Under the pieces are notes generated by a model that saw only the letters and a program-made list of their open reading frames with translations, had not been told where the DNA came from and made no database searches. Positions 40,001-53,047 of a stretch of DNA of 64,000 bases are shown one piece after another. Each line of letters opens with the position of its first letter. Position 1 is the stretch's first letter. A program made the position numbers and the translations under genes. The DNA comes from Phoronis australis (lineage: Eukaryota > Animalia > Phoronida): NCBI GenBank assembly GCA_002633005.1, contig NMRA01000068.1:633505-697504 (forward strand), given 5' to 3'.

Positions 40001-42236
40001 CTGTAAAAACATCAATATTGATTTCATTTTTTCAAGCCACACCTCACATCAATTAGACTTCCATTCCTACACAACACTACAAGGCTTTACCACAAACCGT
40101 ATCTACAGTTATTGTTCTCACAAGAAATGCATTTAATCTCACGATAACACTATAAACTTTGTTCGTGCATGCAACTTTTCTGTGATTAAGGAAGTTATTT
40201 TACCATTATTTTTGTAATGTTCCAAATCATTGTTCTATAACCCCCATTTGAAGCACATAAACAAAAAACATTAAATCAACTTTTGCAACACTCTTAACAT
40301 GATTAAATTTTGTTTCAGAATTTGGCTCGTTTCTTTCTTTAACATTTCAGCATTTTGAGATCCTCTTTCTCCACTGAATAACATGAGTGACTATTACCCA
40401 CTAAAGACTGTCCTTTACCTCCATTGTTCTAATAATTATACAACCCCTGTCCTGGCCTCACTTGGGTTGGGCCAATTAACAGCATATTAACTACACTCCT
40501 CCCAAATAGAAAATTTCTGTATACATGACGACTAAGAACAGTCAGAGAATACATAACAGAAAAGAGTCCCTCAACAGTGCTGACCGCTTGATCTTTCATC
40601 TCCTGTGTCGTTAGGCTAGTTCACAATACGCTATCAGCAGCTTGCACTGCTGTTGATCATGTAAGCTGACTACTCCCGTAACGCCATCAAATCCTTTCCC
40701 CTGGAAGGTAAGTTTGTCTGTGGGTAGTAACCCAGCGTCATCTGTACGACACAAAATGCCGAACCAATGTTTCTCCTTGCTTCGAGCATCGAATATTTCT
40801 CACAAGTGGTTTCTCAGCTTGAAGATGTGCTTGTAGGTATTTTGAGCCCTGTCATTGTCGGCACCAGTTCAGAGCTATTTCAAAATCTGCATAGGACCCC
40901 TTAGTGCCGTGCAGTGCAACTCGAAAGATGAAAATCCTGTGATTCACAGCAGGACTTCCCAGTAAACGAACAGCATGGCTGGCAGGTATCTATCCAAGTA
41001 AACATTGGCTATTATTATTTGAAAATCGGAACAATACACCAACTGCCAAACTTAAAGTGGTGCATGCACAATTGGTTGAATTTAATTAATGTGAAAATTT
41101 ATCTAGAATAACCAGAAAATCCTTAATTAACCAACTAAGGACAGCTGCAGTCACTTAAGTTTGCCTTTGGTTCGACATTCACTTGGCATAATTGTATCCT
41201 AAGTTTTGGTGTCAACTCTGTCAGGTTAAAACCTAGCACAAGATGGCATACAATAGATTTTTGTAGTTTTATGCAATTTATGTAAAAAGAAGTTTAAACT
41301 TGACATTTAACAATAAAACGAGGAAAACACATCCTCGTTTAATTGTTTCCTTATTGTGGCAAAGGAAACTTTTAAAATATTGTGACATTACAAATAAGTA
41401 ACAACTCCACACTGTGAACTTCTTCCGATTTCTATATCCTAGAGTCTGTTCCGAATTTACCACTGATTTTTCCTTTGGTGCTTTAGTTCTGTTTGGAGTC
41501 GGAGCTGAAATATCGTCTAGCTTCAATACTATATAGTTATGTTAACTGAGTTTCACGAGGCAGTGACTGCAATGTAAATGGAAGTTATGGCATCGTTTTG
41601 CAAACATAAGGGTGATTCACACAATCCATTTTTTCATGTCACACTTGAGTGAAATGAAAAGCACAAAAGTATCACACTTGACACACTTTTTGGTTCTTTT
41701 CTACGCTGGTATGTTCCAATAATTGCATGTACCTTTCACAGACACCACCACAGTGTGGGTTGCAAAGGGTCATGTACCGCTGTTATCGACTTACAAGCCT
41801 GGCAGACGTCATATCATCTGGTCACTTCTGATGTCATGCCTGTCCAACAGAAATTACTGCTGACAAGGTCAGTTGTCCTGAACTTAAGATGTCCTCTGAC
41901 TTAAGACTAATACGCAGCTTCGTCATGGACATCTGTAAATTGCTCGGCACTACTATGCAGGACCGTCTATTAGGCTACTGCCTCTCGCATCTTTGTAAAC
42001 TAGTCACAGTCTGTTGTTGCTCCAGATCACCTGAACTTCCACCAGGATACTGCTTCCCCAGTCCCTCTTGAGTTGTCACTTTCTCAGGTAGTAACTCTTA
42101 ATCCTATTTCACAGAATGCGCCTTTTATCCAGGACCAGAGGAACTTACATGTATGGTAAACTGTTGTAAATCATTTCATAAACTGTCAGTGATAAACAGT
42201 AAAAATCTATCAGTTTTAAAAATCATTATGCATTAC

Positions 42237-42498
42237 CTCACTTAGAATGACCCAATTTTCACTCTCACTGTGCACAGTCAGACGGATCGCTGACAGTTTA
42301 CCAAAATTCTTTGACACCGGAGCCTCGGCAACACCTGCCTCGTTAAACCGGCCAACTTGGAAGTAGTTGCCAGTGACAATGGGGTATAGAAGCTTCTCAG
42401 TCTCATTCAGAGAGGGCGTTGCAGCTGGCAGCAGATCGACAGATGTGTTAAAAAACTTATCCAAAGTGTGCTCCAAGTTTCCACTCTTGAACAAGTAG
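42237..42498 (-). CDS. MGAT4: MGAT4 exon (YLFKSGNLEHTLDKFFNTSV...ENWVILSE)
   Basis: ccccag acceptor, gtaatg donor; within ORF 42216..42563. Confidence 0.95.
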
Positions 42499-43135
42499 CT
42501 GGGGATATAGAATGAGTACAACATGTAAACAAGATAGGGTCGCATCACTACGTTAATGAACACTGCTGAATAGTCTCTGGGACCTATCTGGTTTTAATTC
42601 CATACCTTCTTCTTATTTCATTTTGCAATAACTTGCGCAAGTTATTCTGACACCAGAATTGAAAGGATGGCCATTCAACTATCAGGTATTGTTTTCAGTA
42701 TAATTCAGACATAATGGAAGATATGAACTTCAAAAATAAAAAATCCGAATCCACATTTGTGCAGGCAAAAAAGGGTACGACAAACCAGTTTTGCAATTCT
42801 TAATATTTCTCAAATGACAAGAGTTGAGAATTATCAAGTGGTCTTACTGTGCCAGTCGTAAAACAATTTTTAAGTTAATGTCCAAATATGGCTACCCTGG
42901 GAAGATTGCAGCATTGAAATAGCTGATCAGACTCATAATAAACTTCCAGAAACTATACATTAGTATGCATTTTTCTTATAACACTGTTAGGAATTGTTTT
43001 AAAGTGCATTTTTGTAGGAAAGGTTATCAAAAATAGGAATTTATGATTCTTATGAATACTGCACAAAAACAAAACAACAAAATGATAATCTTGAAAAGTG
43101 TAACAGCGTTTTTGAGATTTCCTTTTGAAGACTTA

Positions 43136-43389
43136 TATCAGATTCAGTAAAGTCCTACGTAACCTTTAGTGAAATCAAAGATGGTTATCAGATTCAGTAA
43201 AGTCCTACGTAACCTTTAGTGAAATCAAAGATGGTTATCAGATTCAGTAAAGTCCTACGTAACCTTTAGTGAAATCAAAGATGGTTATCCGATTCAGTAA
43301 AGTCCTACGTAACCTTTAGTGAAATCAAAGATGGTTATCAGATTCAGTAAAGTCCTACATAACCTTTAGTGAAATCAAAGATGGTTATC
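43136..43389. repeat. 50-bp minisatellite, 5 near-perfect copies
   Basis: gattcagtaaagtcctacgtaacctttagtgaaatcaaagatggttatca at 43141, 43191, 43241, 43291, 43341. Confidence 0.97.
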
Positions 43390-44555
43390 TGATAACCCTG
43401 TTTTAACCTCAGTTGATTTCACATGGAATGACCCAGTAGCCACGTTTTCAAGCAACTAAATCAGACGCTACTTATAATGCACCCAGAAGAATTTTGTGAA
43501 ATTATTTTGGTAGACTTCACTCCAAGCAAAACTAAGATGTCACTTAGCTAAAATTGTTTACAGAGTCTAATGCTACACGGATCATAAGAGAACTACTTGC
43601 TTAGCACTCAATTCACTATGCCTGATCCCGTGATGGTGATTACAAAACCAACGTGACTTCCGGTCATTCAATTGTGATCAACACTGTTAAACTGATGCTT
43701 GAACTAACTACATATACAACTACAACAAGCCTTGGAGCAATAGGGCAATCTTGAAATAGTGCTAGAATACAACACAATTACAATCAAAATGAGAAACAAA
43801 ACAATGCATACTCAGCGTCCAACATTAAGAAAATGCCCAACTCGCAATTGAAGAGTAGGGTAAAGTCTCAGCTCGCCATTTCGGATTTGTGGATGCCAAT
43901 TTTTTTAATAACATGGACGTCCAATAGTTGTCGCTTGGGATGCAGCCAATTGCTAATACTGCTATGCAGCGATGGACTTGGTCTGGAAAGTCATGACCAA
44001 AAACTGGCAAAGAAACGCGACTACTATTGTGAGAAACTGTGAAGTGCTTCATGTAGTTCTGGTGTTATGTTAGAAAGTAAGCATGAATATCCTTCAACAC
44101 CTTTTTAATAACCTCAATGGGTAAGGTCAAACCACCCAAGGACAACGCAAACTTTAGTGAGAGGGAGAGGGTGGCTTAAGGATGCGTGGCAACACTGGTG
44201 ACGAAGGGGGACTGTGCCACTTGAAACTTCAGGCAAGGGGGGGACAGGATAGCAGCTGCGCCACAGAGGCACTGTAATGTTTTCGGTGATTCTTAATGAA
44301 AACATAAACTAACACTAGTAAGAGTTAAAAAAAGTTTACAGAGAAATAACATGTGGAACTCCAACAGCACAAAAATGAGGCTACAAAGTGCTTGACAGAT
44401 ATTGTGGCATATTGTAGGTAAATAAAGCGAGATACAAGACAGTGTTGCTGTGTAATCCAAGATGGCCCTATTACATATTATAGGAAAAGTTACTTGAATC
44501 TGAATAGACATATACCACACGTTATCTCAAACCTGGAGTAAGTTCAAATACCTAC

Positions 44556-44749
44556 CTTTCCACATCAGTGGGTACTTTAAAAACGAAGTTGACATAGTCG
44601 TTAGCCTGGGGTAGAAGAGCCCAGAAGAAAGTCTGACCACCGTAGGCTCGCTCCAAATGGTAGCTTTGATAGACCTTCAGTGATGTCTCACATTTGGCGG
44701 CAGGATTAACATGCGCACGGTGCAGTTGGCCTTTCCCAAAGTCTTTATC
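44556..44749 (-). CDS. MGAT4: MGAT4 exon (DKDFGKGQLHRAHVNPAAKCETSLKVYQ...FFWAL)
   Basis: ttttctag acceptor, gtaggt donor; start of C-terminal lectin-like domain. Confidence 0.95.
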
Positions 44750-45277
44750 CTAGAAAAGGGACAAACATCTGTGAGGCTTCATGTTGAGTTACTACTAAGC
44801 CTTGCTAGTCAGTTTGTTAGTCACATGGTACACAGCAAATGGTACTTCAAGGAAAGTGCTCAGTGACATGACAACCATATTCAGTCATTGTCGTTTAAAC
44901 ACTTGAGAATGATGCTAAGGTGTGAAACGTGTCTATTTTGTGGCATTGCAAAATTCTGTTCAACTAGAGTTGGTGACAAACTTACGCACCACCAAAACAG
45001 CTTTCAATGGAGTATTCTACATACCAGTTTTTCATATTTTTCAACAATTTGTGGACTTCAGTACCAAAACACTATGCTTAAAAACAGTCTCATAACATGA
45101 AAGCACATTTACACTCAGTGTGTTAAGAACCAGTTATCTGTCCATTTTCATACCTTGGAAAGAACAATTAAGATTTGGAGCCAATATTTACATAATCCTC
45201 AACATATGAAAAAAATGAAACTTGAAAAACTGTCAGAAACTAGTCAAGAGACTTGTCAAAGCAATTTACAGTGCTAC

Positions 45278-45931
45278 GCTGTGGACTTAACATGTGTCTA
45301 CTTCTGTCATTACTACAGACTAAGCTGTGGACTTAACATGTATCTGTGATCGAACCAAAAGGTTCAAAAAGCCTTCTGAGTCTAGATAGATTGGGTATAA
45401 GACACGCCATTCAAATTTTGACGGGCCACTGCAACCTAGCCCGACACAGACACATTACTGGGCATATGGGGAGCCCTGTGTGTCCCGAGTGTGGCACTGA
45501 CGTAGAATCTCCTAAACACCTGGTAGAGTCTTGCCCAGCTTTTTATAGGCTAAGGAGCAACCTACTGGATGGCATTGTTACATGCCTACAACATATAGTG
45601 CATGGCAACAAATGGAAACGTCTGTCCGTTTTCCTAAAGGAGACTGGCAGACTTGAAAACTTTCTTGACGAGGAGCCATAATTGGGGTCTCGTGCCTTTG
45701 CTCAGTTGTTTTGTGCAATGGGCCCAACCATGAGGCCTGCGCACGTCTGATGCACCGCAAATGACATCAGACCACCTGCACTGTTTTTTTAACATGTATC
45801 TACTTCTGTCATTACTACAGACTAAGCTGTGGACTTAACATGTGTCTACTTCTGCCATTACTACAGACTAAGCTGTGAACTTAACATGTGTCTACTTCTG
45901 CCATTACTACAGACTAAGCTGTGGACTTAAC
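45278..45931. repeat. 46-bp minisatellite (about 4.3 copies) interrupted by a LINE insertion
   Basis: gctgtggacttaacatgtgtctacttctgtcattactacagactaa starts at 45278, 45324, 45826, 45872, 45918. Confidence 0.92.
45346..45788 (+). mobile_element. 5'-truncated non-LTR retrotransposon (I/R1/LOA-like ORF2 C-terminus)
   Basis: ORF 45346..45681 has LTGH...CPECG...E...HL..SCP (CCHC knuckle)...FLKETGRL; 13-bp TSD ttaacatgtatct. Confidence 0.85.
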
Positions 45932-46006
45932 GAACGTAGTGAAGCTTCATGCAACAAACAACAGGAAATACTAAATGTATCAGCAAGGGAGAGAGGTTCT
46001 CCTTAC

Positions 46007-46114
46007 CTTCAATTTCTGTGTCTTGCCAGTGAGTGATGAGTGAAGTCCAGTATGTTGGAACAGAGATGGCTTGAAGATCTTCTTCAGTTCTTGCTTGGAA
46101 CGGGAACAATGTTT
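46007..46114 (-). CDS. MGAT4: MGAT4 exon ([36 protein letters not shown])
   Basis: tctacag acceptor, gtaagg donor; PSLFQH motif. Confidence 0.96.
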
Positions 46115-46921
46115 CTGTAGACAAAACAACATGTCGGCATCATCACAATATTCCCAATATCTTTGCAAAAAAGATGTAAACTTCACAACACAATGTCTTC
46201 TTAATGCCACTGGATGTTTCATCTGGCTAAGTGAACAGAGCAAAACCAAAGGACCTTGCAAAATATTCATTAAAGGGACACGCAAAATGCACGAAAGTAC
46301 TATAGATAATAGCAAAGAAATAACAAAGAAGCATATTATACAAAGAAGCTTACGCATACAACAAACAATATGTATAATTATACAAAATTAGCAAAAGCAT
46401 TAGATTTGTACTGGCTTTGTTATTGAGATCAGAAGTAAATTATCAATTATATCAAACACTTCTAGAAGATTGGGGTGGCAACAATACTGGAGGTGTGTCC
46501 ATTTGACAACAACTAATTAGCATGACAAAAGTTTTTTGACAAATTGTCATAGTTCTGTTAGTGAATAAGAGTAGTGGAACACGCTCCACTCAATCAAATG
46601 GCTTCAAGTTGTTCACGTTAATTTCATCTGAAACTGGTGAGATTTTACTAATAAATACTCATTGACATAGATGTACCGACTGGCACATGTAATAATACAC
46701 TATATACACTAAGCGCTAGCAGTTGTCTCTTCTCAGACACTTAGACATATGTCAAGATTGAAGTTAATCATTGGTAAGTCTACTACAGGGCTAAATGTCA
46801 CTTTCATGCTGACGAGCACCCATAACAGATTTTGGTAATGATATCGAATGGAAAGACTGGAGGAAAAGTTCTAAGCTTTGCAATTCATTAAGAAACAGTC
46901 TTTACCTAACATCAAACTTAC

Positions 46922-47052
46922 ATTGTCCTTCTCGGGATTACATGCTTTGACGTAGAGAATGTGATCCAGCAACCAATCAATTGGCTTGTCTTTGTGGAAC
47001 ATCAGGAAAAACTCAGCTATCATTGATAGATCTGATGTGCGAAATAGCTTAC
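46922..47052 (-). CDS. MGAT4: MGAT4 exon ([44 protein letters not shown])
   Basis: tttttag acceptor, gtaagt donor; KPIDWLLDH motif. Confidence 0.96.
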
Positions 47053-47458
47053 CTAAAAATTAAGGACGTTTAAAAAGTTGCTGTTTAAAAGGACAAGTGA
47101 CAACCTTACTCCCACAAAACTAAAGAAATATATTATTTGGTTCAACTTCACATTTTTCAACAACCACCTCATCCCTACAGAATGGACCCACAGTACATAA
47201 GAAAAGTTACAGACAAAGTATACAAGGCAAATTGGATTTGCATTTAGATACATGTATGCAGCATTCTATTAATGAGTTCTATGTTACATCAGTTGTGTAG
47301 TAGTAAGGTGCGTAACAATACATTAATACCAGTCGTGCTACTAGACCACAGGCCAAGTCTAAATTTAAATTAGCAACAATCGTAGGTAGGCTACAAAAAA
47401 AATTCTTGGCTAAAGTACAAACTTGTTCCATTTGTAGTAGACAATAATAATTTTTCAC

Positions 47459-47573
47459 CTATAAAGCCAAGTCTGGAGAACTCTAACAAGATCCATTCTT
47501 GACCTTGTTGTTCTTGTGCAAATGACCTGATGGCTGACACATACCCTGGCTTTGTTATGATGTCATCTTCCAA
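47459..47573 (-). CDS. MGAT4: MGAT4 exon (LEDDIITKPGY...LEFSRLGFI)
   Basis: ttttcag acceptor, gtgaaa donor; EDD metal-binding motif. Confidence 0.96.
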
Positions 47574-49710
47574 CTGAAAAATAACTGAACTTTTCAGCAT
47601 TGGAATAAATAACACTATCAAGACCTAAAGATCGATTCCCTCTACTTTCAATCCAAGAGTTTCACACGTTAAATTTCTGTGACCATTTTTAATTGACATG
47701 TTTCGACCGAAAAAAAATCAAATGAAAGAGCCGTTTACAGTGCATATCCTAAGATGTTAAACATCTCTGCAAAGGCCGATATGACAGTCACAGATTTCAA
47801 AATACATACCTGGCAGCTGTTTTCATTTTGATCATCATACATGACTACTGGTTACTAAAGCAACGTAAATTTTGTGACAATAAATATGGGTCATATTTCA
47901 GCCGTCAAAGCTGAAGATTCCAGAATTAACGTTTTCTTATCCAATAAATACACAAAACACACCGAGAGTCACATACATGAGGTAACACCCCACTCAACAC
48001 TATTCCACGTTATCAACCTTGATCGAATTTGTATTTATATACGCTTCGAATTCCTAATAAGTTTCTTCCTATTCTTCAGCAAATTTTTTAATACTTCACT
48101 CAGACTGTTCACATGGCGGGATCATATCCTAAATGTATGTACTTGCACGTTAGGTTACAAATTTTCTCTAATAAAAGAAACGATTTTAAATGTAACCATT
48201 TATTACTTGAAAAGACATAACAAAGATGAAAACAATGGTAATTGTGCACTGGACTTGTAAGATTTCCTACAAATAGTTAAATAACAGCAACATTAAATTT
48301 GAAATTGTAGTTACCGAGGAATCAGAGCCTGAGTTGCAGACAATATATCTAGCAAGTGAGACAGAAGTGTCATATAATTAAGTTTTGTTCCAGATATTAC
48401 GTTTGGGACCTGATTGCATGTTGAGTGTTATTTAAACCATTGTAACTGTATTACATTAAACTATTTTGGGAAAGTTTGATGATCAAACCAGCTGAAGACG
48501 TCGAGTCGACATTGACCTACTTTTTGAACTTTCCATGTCAGAAGGCACTGTTGAAGTAGTCCAGGAGGCGAATACGGAAAACAATATCACATGTCTATTG
48601 CACTCGACCGATTCAAGGCGTATAGGATAAAAATGAGCACTTTCTTAGGGAATTAAATTAACGTGGAATATGTTGACTTAGGAATTTATTGGTAATTTGT
48701 CTTATGTTTTTATTATTGGGTAACAATGTCAGGAGTTGAACAGTAGATGTAGGAAATGGTGAATATTTGACAAATGCTTAACTAATTCGAAAGAGTAACA
48801 GGCCTACTAACTTGCGACTTTGCACCTTAGTCCTGCTGTGAGTTGAGCATCACAAAAACTTCCCCGTGGACCATCTTAACAATCTGTCATTAGCCTGCTA
48901 TTTTTTGTTTTCACTTTCAAGTAAGTTGTTAATATTTGCTTCAAGAGACCAGTAACCATAACATGAGAACACACAACATCATGACAAAGAAGCAGTTACA
49001 TAATTTCTTTATCTCACAGAGTTAGCGTAGTTGTGATACTGTGCTTACATATCTAACATTAGCTCCAGGGCATTGGAGGCCACCATTTATTTACTGGTGA
49101 ATTTAAAGAAAGATTGATGTACAGTAGCAGAAATTACTAATTGAAATGCACAATTTGGGACAACACGACTTTTATTGTAATATAAAGACTGACTTCTATT
49201 ACGCACCATAGTTACCTGTCAAGCTAGACCCAACACTTAAATTAGCTGTAGCAAACTTAAGTGCAGCACTTATATTAAGTTAAACATTAGACAGAAATAG
49301 GTAGAAGAAATAATCTCAATGAGATGAACGATTAGGTCAGATTTGTTGTAATGCAAGCTAAGTTGAAACAAAGTTTCCATTTATTTTTGTATGCCCTGTA
49401 CTGGGTGATCTGAGGTTTTCTACCAGCACAATTCACAAACCAGTCAAACGCAAAGAGAAAACAGAGTGCCTTGGGAAAAGGCTTAAAACAACACTGTGAA
49501 AAATAAAATAAAAAAATATTCGATCACTATTTTAATCAAAGATAAATACACTAATTGAAAAATGTCATATATACGACCTCAGAGATTGCTGAACCATTAA
49601 AATACAATTCCATAACTGAGGGCCCACGGCACGATATATAAAAATAACTGAACATTTGAATCAAAGAGAAAAAATTGTCTACCAAATATAGCAGGCCAAT
49701 AAAAACTCAC

Positions 49711-49786
49711 CTGTATGTAGTAATCTCCTCTGTCTCTGCAGTACATCATCAAAAATGCAAAGTCTAAATTTTGCTTTGTCCTCCAC
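49711..49786 (-). CDS. MGAT4: MGAT4 exon ([25 protein letters not shown])
   Basis: ttcacag acceptor, gtgagt donor; WRTKQNLD signature. Confidence 0.96.
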
Positions 49787-51762
49787 CTGTGAAGATTAAG
49801 TAATAAAACTATTCATCGCCATTTATTCAATGCATAAATAACATCATTTCCAGGCTTCTTAGACCTGTGTTTTCTATCAAAAAATCCCAAGTTTTGATTT
49901 AGGCAACATACAGTAAGTTATAAAATTGGCCTTGCTTTGAAGAACTGACCAGTTAGTTATTTCTTAACACAAGCTCATAAAATTTCGCATCACGACCTGA
50001 AATTGTGTGGGTTTGGTCTGAAGAAATTACAAACTGTCAGCAATTCTGAAGCACTGAAGAAATCATTCTGTAATTTAACTAAGGAAAATTTTCAAAACAG
50101 TTTGTCATCTAAATCAAAAATTTTTGTGCTTGAAAGCAGGTTTCTTGCACTTAAAATGCAGTAATAATGTCATATTGTGGTAAACAAATGATTATTGCAT
50201 AGTACTGAGTCTGTGAATTCAAACCCATAATTGCATACTGTGTCAAGGCAATCTCAAATTTAGCTTTCCTTACAAGGATAAGCAGAAAACCACATAGTAT
50301 GATTAACATTTAATATTAAACATTTCTAAGTACAGACGGACAAGGAGAAACCAGACTTGATGTCAGCACTGCACTCATTGTCTAACAATAAAAGCATAAG
50401 TTAAATACCTCTAGATGCATTAAATCATTATGGAAACATGTCGCTCAAGCTTTGCTGCGTCACTTAGTTTTAAATGGGTCATACTCAAAGCAGCAACTAA
50501 CAAATATTCCAGCGAAATGTGAGAAAATCAGTATGACACATTATTTCTGAATATCAAGCTGGGATGTATATTTGGCAAATGGTATTTTCGAACCATAAGT
50601 CATTACAGAAAATAATATACACCCTGGTGTATACGAGTCAGTGCCGAATTTATACCATGAGTGTATCTACACTAAAGCCGTCAATCATTCAAACGGAAAT
50701 TCATAACCAGAACATTCTCCTCAGTAACATAGTGCACTGGGAACTGTTTCTTTAATAAAACATTGTAGAGAAGTGCTTAGCGAATGAAATATTTCCATAA
50801 GTGTCTGGTGTTCACCTTTGCCTAGGGAACATTGTGAGGTTTATAAAAATGCACCTGCATGCTTAAAAGCACAAACACTCTTCAAATATGCACTGACTTC
50901 TTTCCGGAAAATTCTATGTTGTAACAACACATTTTGAAATTACAAATAAAAATCCGACAGTTAGTGGCGCAGGCTTTGAAATTCAGTACCCACAATCAAT
51001 GGATGAAGAATAAACACTTAAATGAAAATACTATGTCCTTAATAATCTGGCAGAGAACAAATATATTCATCTTTTTTGGACAAAATTCAGTTGCTCAACA
51101 ATGGCTATTAAACAAAATGAAAATTTCTCAACTCCTGACCTCATATTTTTTTACTACTAAGTCAGAATACAATAAAAGCAAATGTGCCTGAGTGTGCGAT
51201 TCATTGAACAATATTGTTTGCGAGTAGTTGGACAAAAATACCTGAATGTTATTGAGTAGATGCTGTTTGCATTTGAAACAAACCCCCAGAGACAAGACTT
51301 TATGAAGCAGGTGGCACTGTTAAATACTATTTGTTGACCAAAAACTGGAGTAACGACGATTGTGAGTAGTGTTCAGTTCGACTGTGGGCAAGCTACATAG
51401 ACCATGATGATGAAAACACTCGCCTTTCAAAATCCCATTTCTTGTCAAACTCATGATTAAACAAGAGCAATGCGAAGCCTTGAAATGTACCGCGAATGGG
51501 GTGCGTCTAGGGTTGCTTATTTGCATCATAAAAATGACGACTAGATGGCGCAAAAATATCCAATACATCCGAAAACGGGAAGTGCCACCACTTCTCTAAC
51601 AAAAAACTATTTACCAAATTTTATAAAAATGTGTCAAGGAACATCAGAGAAATAAAGGAAAACGGAAAAAAAGTGAAATTGCCACTTGGGGGCACAGTGT
51701 TCCTTGGATCTGCCTAAAATTCATCGCTGTCTGTTGTTAGCTTCATATAGATAAACTAACTA

Positions 51763-53047
51763 AACAAGAGCAACGCAGAGCGTTGAAATCCGCCCACAAT
51801 TGCACCGCATACGGTATCCTTCTAGGGTTGTTGATTGGTACCATAAAGTGGCCAGTAGAGGGCATATATGTAGTATGTTGTACTTTGCAAAATGGAAAGG
51901 CATGGTCATTGTCTCCTCAATAGGCTAGGGGCAAAATGTGAGTAATCTTCATAATACAAGCACATCCTATACACCAATTGCTTAAAGCACCACAGAAACA
52001 TAGAATTAAAAACAAATTTACCAACATAGGAGATTAGCACAGCATTAGAATGCCAGAAACAAATTTCTACTTGGAACTTTTCCTTCATAGTCACGAAGTA
52101 ACACAAAGTACACACCTGAAGAAAATACAGAGGTCAATGTAAAATACTAAAATTGCCACTAGAGGCAAATACTAAAATTGCCACTAGAGGAATACCGGTA
52201 GTCAGAATCATCCTAAAGTCGTCATCGTCCGTTGTCAACATCACATAAATACACTTGCTAAATTTAGTAAAGATCCTGCAAACGGTTTGGGAGATACAGC
52301 CATGGGCGCAAAAAAAAACAAAACTACCACTAGGAGGCGCCACAGTAGTCCAAATCATCTGAAAATCATTGTCANNNNNNNNNNNNNNNNNNNNNNNNNN
52401 NNNNNNNNNNNNNNNNNNNNNNNNNNNNNNNNNNNNNNNNNNNNNNNNNNNNNNNNNNNNNNNNNNNNNNNNNNNNNNNNNNNNNNNNNNNNNNNNNNNN
52501 NNNNNNNNNNNNNNNNNNNNNNNNNNNNNNNNNNNNNNNNNNNNNNNNNNNNNNNNNNNNNNNNNNNNNNNNNNNNNNNNNNNATACATGCCAATTTTCA
52601 CAATCATCCTTTGAGCGGTTTGGTTGATAGAGGGGTGGACGCACAAAAACAGACTCGAAAACACTAAAAAATGGCCACTAAGTGGCGCAAACTATGTTGA
52701 ATCCATCTGAAAACGGCAGGATAGCGTCATCTCACTACTAGGTGCCTACATACCAAATTTCATGAAAATCCGTTCAGGACTTTTGAAGATACAAAGGTAA
52801 GCGTAAAAAACTAAAATTGCCACTTGGGGGCACACCGGTAGTCGGATCCGTCTGAAAGTTCGCACATGCCGTCCCATTCATGAATGAACATATGTGCCAA
52901 ATTTCATGAACGTATGTCAAAGGGTTTTGGAGATAGAGCAGCGGACGCCGGACGCCAGACGACGGACGCCGCCCGGACGGACGGACGGATGGACGGACGG
53001 AGATGACGGCATAATGCGTCCACATATAAATATGTGGGCGCATAATA
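51763..53047 (-). mobile_element. HINE-like element (inner, nested), spans assembly gap
   Basis: aacaagagcaacgcagagcgttg (3' hairpin) at left; (GGAC)n and atgcgtccacatataaatatgtgggcgcat head at right. Confidence 0.85.
52375..52583. other. Assembly gap (209 N)
   Basis: Run of N inside a repeat monomer array. Confidence 1.

Noticed and set aside
43136-43389. CRISPR-like regular repeat
   Set aside because: Units are contiguous with no unique spacers, there are no cas genes, and it lies in a eukaryotic intron; it is a minisatellite
45278-45931. Repeat-spacer-repeat pattern
   Set aside because: The apparent spacer is a LINE fragment with a TSD
52134-52667. Long ORFs in the track
   Set aside because: Artefacts of translating the N gap
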